DNA from: a candidate division WOR-3 bacterium
GTDB lineage: Bacteria > Hydrothermota > Tepidihabitantia > SM23-42 > JAOAFX01
Reading direction: 5' to 3'
DNA length: 23,188 nucleotides
NCBI GenBank assembly: GCA_039802265.1
Contig: JBDRWI010000037.1
Coordinates: 1 to 23,188, forward strand
Shown here: positions 18,042 to 23,188 of the stretch, piece after piece
Position numbering within the stretch: the first letter of the stretch is position 1
Layout: every line of letters begins with the position of its first letter
Program-made: the position numbers and the translations under genes
The notes under the pieces: model-generated
Told to the model about the DNA's origin: nothing
The model's input: only the letters and a program-made list of their open reading frames with translations
The model's database searches: none

Positions 18042-18069
18042 TTGACAAATTAAAGAAAACGATTATAAT
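18042..18069 (+). promoter_or_regulatory. Consensus sigma70-type promoter for the tRNA-Ser pair (and possibly gltX)
   Basis: TTGACA (18042-18047), 16 bp, TATAAT (18064-18069), 9 nt before the tRNA. Confidence 0.8.
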
Positions 18070-18078
18070 TTGGAGCCA

Positions 18079-18162
18079 GGAGGGCTAGTCCTAATTGGTA
18101 AGGCAGCGGACTTGAAATCCGCCGGGAGCAATCCCTTGGGGGTTCGAATCCCTCGCCCTCCG
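18079..18162 (+). tRNA. tRNA-Ser (anticodon TGA), CCA not encoded
   Basis: Acceptor GGAGGGC/GCCCTCC, discriminator G; anticodon arm GCGGA-CTTGAAA-TCCGC; variable arm GGGA-GCAA-TCCC; T loop TTCGAAT. Confidence 0.93.
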
Positions 18163-18282
18163 TTATTAGTGAATTTAGATTAACAAACGGCTGATGGTTC
18201 AGGAGTGGATGCTGGTTTTATAGTGAATAACCATAAACTAAGGACCATACCAGCATGCCTATAAACTTCAGACCATCTGTCA

Positions 18283-18371
18283 GGAGAGGTGGCCGAGTGG
18301 TCTAAGGCACCCGCTTGCTAAGCGGTTTCTCATCGAAAGATGGGACGGGAGTTCAAATCTCCCCCTCTCCG
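18283..18371 (+). tRNA. tRNA-Ser (anticodon GCT), CCA not encoded
   Basis: Acceptor GGAGAGG/CCTCTCC, discriminator G; D arm GCCGAGTGGTCTAAGGC; CCGC-TTGCTAA-GCGG; long variable arm TCTCATC-GAAA-GATGGGA; T loop TTCAAAT. Confidence 0.93.
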
Positions 18372-18460
18372 CTGCATAAAAATACAGAAAGGCTTAAAAT
18401 AACGACTCTAAATTATAAACTGAGCAATTTAATAATTAACCAATGCAGTGAGGTTTTCTT

Positions 18461-19924
18461 GTGCAAAGTGAAGTAAGGGTCAGAATTGCACCAAGTCCAA
18501 CTGGTTTTTTTCATATCGGCAGTGCCCGAACCGCATTGTATAATTGGCTTTTTGCAAGAAAAAATCAAGGTAGATTTATCCTGAGAATTGAGGATACCGA
18601 TATCACCCGTTCATCAAAGGAGATGACCGGGGTGATATTTGATTCACTAACCTGGCTTGGACTTGACTGGGATGAAGGTCCGCTCAAGGGTGGTGATTAT
18701 GGTCCGTATTATCAATCCGAGCGCCGTCAAATCTATCACGAATATGTTCAGAAACTTCTCAGAGATAATAAGGCGTACTGGTGTTACTGTACGCCGGATG
18801 AAATTGCAAATGAAAGGAATGAATATCTACAAAAAGGCCTGAACTGGCAACACCGTTGTCGTGAAAAATATTCAATTGATGAAATTGAAAAAAGGAAAAA
18901 GAATGGTATAATTCCGGCATTACGTTTTGCTGTTCCCAGTGACAAAAAAATTGTATTCAATGACCTTATTCATGGAACGGTAGAAAAGATGTCTTCAGAC
19001 CTTGAGGATTTCGTCATCTTAAAGAGTGATGGTATGCCCACCTACAACTTCGCCTGTGTTATTGATGACCATTTAATGAGAATCAGCCATATTATAAGAG
19101 GAGTTGAACACATCGCCAATACTCCAAAACAAATTTTACTTTACGAGGCATTCAATTTTCCAATCCCGGCCTTTGCCCATCTACCGGTCATACTGGGCAC
19201 AGACAAAAAGAAGCTTTCCAAGAGGCTTGGTGCCCGTTCGGTTCTGGACTATAAAAATGAAGGCTATCTTGCCCAGGCACTGGTCAATTTCCTCGCGCTT
19301 TTGGGCTGGTCACCCGGTTCTAATGAAGAGATAATGGACCTTGAAGATATGGTAAAGACCTTCTCACTAAACCGGATAAACCCGGCAAATGCAATCTATG
19401 ATGAGAAGAGACTGGAATGGATGAATAACCATTATATCATCAACCGTATCCAGGAAGAAGAATTCCTGAATTTAGTAAAACCTTTTGTGCTCAAATCTGG
19501 ATTGATTAATGAAGATGAATATAAGAAAAACGAGGCTTGGGTTAATAAGGTCTGCCTTCTAATGCGGCCAAGATTGAAGGTTCTGGGTGATATTAAGTCA
19601 GCCCGCTATTTCTTCCGCGAGGACTTCGAATACGAAAAAGAAGTTTTAAGAAAATATCTTGAACCAACCGTGTTACAAAATATAAAAGGATTCAGAGAGG
19701 AGATTGAAAAACTTCCCGAGTTTACTGCCTCAAATATTGAAAAAAGCCTGAGGGAATTTGCTACAAAAAACAGTATAAAGGCAAGAGAGCTGATTCATCC
19801 GTTGAGGGTCTTCCTTACCGGTACCGATGCCGGACCCGGTCTTTTTGAAACAATGGAGTTAATTGGTAAAGAAAGATGCCTGCTGCGGATTGAAAGAATA
19901 CTGAAAAAATATGAAAACAAATGA
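18461..19924 (+). CDS. gltX: Glutamate--tRNA ligase
   Basis: VRIAPSPTGFFHIGS, FILRIEDTD, WLGLDWDEGP, PTYNFACVIDD, KKLSKR; GAGGT before GTG start. Confidence 0.97.
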   Translation: MQSEVRVRIAPSPTGFFHIGSARTALYNWLFARKNQGRFILRIEDTDITRSSKEMTGVIFDSLTWLGLDWDEGPLKGGDYGPYYQSERRQIYHEYVQKLLRDNKAYWCYCTPDEIANERNEYLQKGLNWQHRCREKYSIDEIEKRKKNGIIPALRFAVPSDKKIVFNDLIHGTVEKMSSDLEDFVILKSDGMPTYNFACVIDDHLMRISHIIRGVEHIANTPKQILLYEAFNFPIPAFAHLPVILGTDKKKLSKRLGARSVLDYKNEGYLAQALVNFLALLGWSPGSNEEIMDLEDMVKTFSLNRINPANAIYDEKRLEWMNNHYIINRIQEEEFLNLVKPFVLKSGLINEDEYKKNEAWVNKVCLLMRPRLKVLGDIKSARYFFREDFEYEKEVLRKYLEPTVLQNIKGFREEIEKLPEFTASNIEKSLREFATKNSIKARELIHPLRVFLTGTDAGPGLFETMELIGKERCLLRIERILKKYENK

Positions 19925-20474
19925 GAAAAAAAGAATACAGAATAAACCGATTGAAGCATATCTGAATCTACCGGCATTTTTAGCGATTGTCTCATCTTCA
20001 GTAGAGGCATTTAAAAAAGAGACCATTGGTTATCTTATTGGAATAAAGGGAGAAAATAAATTCATTGTTGAATATGCTATACCGTATCAAACTGCGGATA
20101 GTGGTTTTGCCCATGTGACAATTGATTTTAAGAGGGTGGAGCGAGTTAATAAAATCCTTACGCGCCTCTCCGGGGGCCTTGAGTATATTGGTGACTTCCA
20201 TTCCCACACGATATTTGGCAATGTTCCGGCAAAGATAATCCCTTCAAGTGAAGACCTGATGACCTCGGTAGCCGGCGAATTGAATCTTATCTGTGCAGTC
20301 AATACCAAAAAAAGAGCGATAAAGTGGTATGAAACCAAAACAGGAATACTTGTAGGAACAATTGATGACTACCGCATTGAAATTGGTGGTTTTTATGTTC
20401 CCAGACCGGCAATCGGAAGAAAATATCGGCGGGTAAGGGTAAGGTGCCCGGCGATTACCGGACTTGAGACCTGA
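19911..20474 (+). CDS. JAB/MPN (JAMM)-domain putative metalloisopeptidase
   Basis: N-terminal Glu (KKETIGYLIG) and YIGDFHSHT...PSSEDL, matching E...HSH...SxxD. Confidence 0.75.
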   Translation: MKTNEKKRIQNKPIEAYLNLPAFLAIVSSSVEAFKKETIGYLIGIKGENKFIVEYAIPYQTADSGFAHVTIDFKRVERVNKILTRLSGGLEYIGDFHSHTIFGNVPAKIIPSSEDLMTSVAGELNLICAVNTKKRAIKWYETKTGILVGTIDDYRIEIGGFYVPRPAIGRKYRRVRVRCPAITGLET

Positions 20475-20482
20475 AGATCGCG

Positions 20483-20860
20483 ATGGAAATTTTTGGCATT
20501 GGTATAGATATAATTGAAGTCTCAAGGATTAAAAAAGCGGTGACCAGTAAAAGAAATTTTATCAACCGAATATACTCAGAAAAAGAAATCAAACTCTCGG
20601 AATGGGGTGAATTTCGTTATGAAGAACTGGCAGGAAGGTTTGCTGTAAAAGAGGCAGTCTTGAAGGCACTAAAGACCGGCTGGCGTCAGGGAATTGGCTT
20701 TAGAGATATTGTGGTACTAAATGAACCAAGTGGTGCACCATTTGTGGTATTAGAAAACAGGGCAAAAAAAATTGCTGAAGAATTGAAAATAAAAGAAATA
20801 TTTGTAAGCATCAGCCACACCAAGGAATTAGCAATCGGACTTGCAATTGCTACGATTTAA
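20483..20860 (+). CDS. acpS: Holo-ACP synthase
   Basis: GIGIDIIEVSRI, LAGRFAVKEAVLKALKTG, SGAP, VSISH. Confidence 0.96.
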   Translation: MEIFGIGIDIIEVSRIKKAVTSKRNFINRIYSEKEIKLSEWGEFRYEELAGRFAVKEAVLKALKTGWRQGIGFRDIVVLNEPSGAPFVVLENRAKKIAEELKIKEIFVSISHTKELAIGLAIATI

Positions 20861-20887
20861 ATAATTATCAGCCCTGAATAATTTGGA

Positions 20888-21382
20888 CTAATAAGGTTTT
20901 ATTGCATCATTCTCGAGCGTGACCGCCACCGACTGTCCCATCATTTCAATGGAGACGACAAGCCGACTCCTTTTGTGATCCTCCCTGACCAGGATTCCTA
21001 TTGCCCCGGCCAGGGGACCCGAAACAACCCGAACCTTAGCGCCAACAACCAGATAGGGCAAGGGATAAATACTACGGTCGCTTTGTAAAAATATCATTAT
21101 TGATTGTATGTCCTCATCAGGAACAGGGGTGGGACGCGGATTACCACAAAGACGCACAACACCCGGGGTTCTATAGACCTTTAACCAATTTTCCTGTTTT
21201 TCATCAAGCCTTACAAAAAAATAATTGGGAAAGAGAGGTCTCTTTATCAGGATTTTTCTATCACGTCTTCTACTTGGAACAACAATCTCGGGGAGAAAGG
21301 TCTCAATACCCTTTTCCTTTAAAACCTTATTACACACCCGCTCATGGTGGCACTTCGTATAGGCTGCATACCATTTCATCAC
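20888..21382 (-). CDS. UpxY/RfaH-type specialised NusG paralogue (transcription antiterminator)
   Basis: WYAAYTKCHHE...GIETFLP...RRRDRKILIKRPLFPNYFFVR (NGN domain); GAKVRVVSGPLAGAIG (KOW). Confidence 0.88.
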   Translation of the reverse strand: MMKWYAAYTKCHHERVCNKVLKEKGIETFLPEIVVPSRRRDRKILIKRPLFPNYFFVRLDEKQENWLKVYRTPGVVRLCGNPRPTPVPDEDIQSIMIFLQSDRSIYPLPYLVVGAKVRVVSGPLAGAIGILVREDHKRSRLVVSIEMMGQSVAVTLENDAIKPY

Positions 21383-21394
21383 ATTGCCTGATAC

Positions 21395-23017
21395 TTATCC
21401 ACCTTTTAATGCCTTTATACGCGCCTCGGTTCTTTTCTTGTAATCCTTTGCCCCCTTATGCTGTGGGTCAATGGCTAAAACCTGCTTGAAGACCTTGAGC
21501 GCCTCTTCGTAGTTCTGGGCATTGAAATAAGAAACACCCTTTTTATACAGATTCTCAATTTCTTCTTTGGTTGCCAGTTTCTTTTCTGGTGGCTTTGTCT
21601 CGGGCTTTGGCGGAGTGGTCTTTTTCTCCAGTTTCGCAATGGCAGTCTTTGCCTCGGCATTATCAGGGTCTAATTCCAGAACCTTCTGCCACATCTGGAT
21701 TGCCGCCGGGTAATCCTTTGCCTTTTCTTTATTTTTTGCCTCTGTAGTATAACTTGCGATCAATTCAATCCGTCTTGTTTCTATACGGGCAAGATATTCC
21801 TTTGCCTCATTATTATTGGGGTCAAGCGCAAGGACATTATTAAATGCATCCTTTGCCAGCTTCAGATTGCCCTCGCTAAAATAGACCTTCCCCTGTGCCA
21901 GATAATCGTTGATATTCTTCAGTTGCTGTTCCTTCCTTAATTGTTCCTCGGTTTTCTTAAGATTGAAAATCAATTTACTCTTTACACCCGGTTTTACCTT
22001 GACATTTGCAATATAATCTACGTAATTGGGGCGACTTGCAGTGATTGTATAATTCCCCGCGGGCAGACTTATAGAAAATGTTCCGGTTGTTGCCCGATAT
22101 CTCTTGTTGATCTCTTTTATATCAATGATTGCATTAGCCAAAATCTCTTTTGTAGTATAATCCTGCACTATGCACTCAATTGAACCAACACGGGGAGCCT
22201 CGAGCATACTACGATTTGTAGTCTCAATGCCAAAAACTAATCTTGGTGAATAAGGAGGATGATTCCACCAGGGCAAATGCTCTGCCTTTGCCAGCGCCAA
22301 AGTAGCAGTGAAATTCTTGTGATGGTATTTGAGACCTGCATTCCCGTCCCTTCCGTCAATCTCGGCAATTATCTCCAAACCGCCCGGGACTTTCAGTGAT
22401 CCACCAAAGAAGATTCCAAACGCCCACCAGGAGTGCTCCGGGCTTTTATATCGGTCACCGAGCACGAATAAATCAGTATTGAAGTAATGGCTGCGATCTC
22501 CATAACCAACGAACCTGCCCCGACCAAGTCCCATAACAATATTAAAATATTTACCGAAAAACTTCTGCATCCCGATATAGGTAGAAAACAGCTCCCAGGG
22601 CCGGCCCCCACAATGAGTCGCATAGTTATATTCTTCAATAAATCCCACCGAATCTTTTATACCTCTTGTAGAAATATGGGTGTTGTAGGAGATATCATCA
22701 ACCCCAATGAAGAATGCCGGTATGTTCTCCTTTTCCTGGGCGAGCAAGTATGATGCGGATAAAACATATGTATTAATGTGATACGCGGATAAAGAAACCT
22801 CTCCTCTACCTCCAAAGCCATAACGGAAGAATAGATCAAAGTCTGCCGGATCTGGCCTCTGGTCATCGGTAGGATCGGGGTCTTCCGTATTTAACGTAGC
22901 AGAAAATGAAAGTCCACCCCCGAACATCCCTGGAATATCATACTGGGGTGGCGTTGGAATATCAATATAACCGGATGTCCTGCTCAGTTCACCGATTAAA
23001 ATCAAGATAGTTATCAT
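21395..23017 (-). CDS. Probable envelope protein: YjbH-like beta-barrel region, carboxypeptidase-regulatory/PEGA-like beta sandwich, C-terminal TPRs
   Basis: TSGYIDIPTP resembles the N-terminus of YjbH-type proteins; aromatic/Gly-rich strands; GTFSISLPAGNYTITASRPNY; three TPR units (ALDPNNNEAKEYL, LELDPDNAEAK, LAIDPQHKGAK). SD-like AAGGGGGT upstream. Confidence 0.65.
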   Translation of the reverse strand: MITILILIGELSRTSGYIDIPTPPQYDIPGMFGGGLSFSATLNTEDPDPTDDQRPDPADFDLFFRYGFGGRGEVSLSAYHINTYVLSASYLLAQEKENIPAFFIGVDDISYNTHISTRGIKDSVGFIEEYNYATHCGGRPWELFSTYIGMQKFFGKYFNIVMGLGRGRFVGYGDRSHYFNTDLFVLGDRYKSPEHSWWAFGIFFGGSLKVPGGLEIIAEIDGRDGNAGLKYHHKNFTATLALAKAEHLPWWNHPPYSPRLVFGIETTNRSMLEAPRVGSIECIVQDYTTKEILANAIIDIKEINKRYRATTGTFSISLPAGNYTITASRPNYVDYIANVKVKPGVKSKLIFNLKKTEEQLRKEQQLKNINDYLAQGKVYFSEGNLKLAKDAFNNVLALDPNNNEAKEYLARIETRRIELIASYTTEAKNKEKAKDYPAAIQMWQKVLELDPDNAEAKTAIAKLEKKTTPPKPETKPPEKKLATKEEIENLYKKGVSYFNAQNYEEALKVFKQVLAIDPQHKGAKDYKKRTEARIKALKGG

Positions 23018-23041
23018 TTAACCCCCTTACTAAGTATAATA

Positions 23042-23069
23042 ATTATAATCAAAATTTTACAGTTGTCAA
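23042..23069 (-). promoter_or_regulatory. Consensus sigma70-type promoter for the TPR-UpxY operon
   Basis: Minus strand TTGACA (23069-23064), 16 bp, TATAAT (23047-23042). Confidence 0.75.
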
Positions 23070-23070
23070 G

Positions 23071-23101
23071 GGGGGACTTAACTGAGTCCTCCTCACTTTT
23101 T
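23071..23101 (+). terminator. Possible hairpin with T-tract
   Basis: GGGGGACTT-aact-GAGTCCTCC (two G.U pairs) then TCACTTTTT; no + strand gene directly upstream. Confidence 0.3.
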
Positions 23102-23188
23102 AAGATTCGGTTGGGCATAATTTTTTGAAATGAAAAAGCCACGGGTATTTGGATAAATCCAGCTTATCCAGTAATTCTAAATCCAATC

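Noticed and set aside
18079..18162. Possible tRNA-Sec or suppressor tRNA because of TGA in the anticodon loop
   Set aside because: Anticodon TGA reads the Ser codon UCA; tRNA-Sec has anticodon TCA and a longer acceptor stem.
495..22866. Many short antisense or out-of-frame ORFs (e.g. 5935-6399, 9028-9441, 21100-21489)
   Set aside because: They overlap well-supported genes and show no motifs; shadow ORFs.
1..23188. CRISPR array, integrase, transposase, att-site duplication at the tRNAs, rRNA
   Set aside because: No regularly spaced repeats, recombinase motifs, duplicated tRNA 3' ends or rRNA-like sequence seen by eye.

Overview
Bacterial, AT-rich chromosomal window with two parts. Positions 1-5419 form an accessory-looking operon: a VirD4/TrwB/HerA-like P-loop ATPase (open from base 1), two paralogous TPR proteins, an unannotated 20-aa ORF repeating their shared motif, and a GspF/PilC-like protein lacking membrane segments, closed by REP-like hairpins. 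Positions 5810-23017 are mostly housekeeping: mnmG, a site-2 protease, a coiled-coil lipoprotein/LysM pair, phoH-7TM-HD-ybeY-two CNNM/CBS genes, J-domain/TPR genes, nadB, two tRNA-Ser, gltX, a JAB-domain protein, acpS, and a UpxY-type antiterminator with a YjbH-like/TPR protein. Best leads: (1) the lipoprotein/LysM pair may be a split, disulfide-linked analogue of Braun's lipoprotein; (2) the ATPase-TPR-TPR-peptide-soluble PilC operon; (3) near-consensus sigma70 promoters that consistently use a 16-bp spacer, with two probably leaderless genes. All calls rest on motif recognition by eye; no searches were run.
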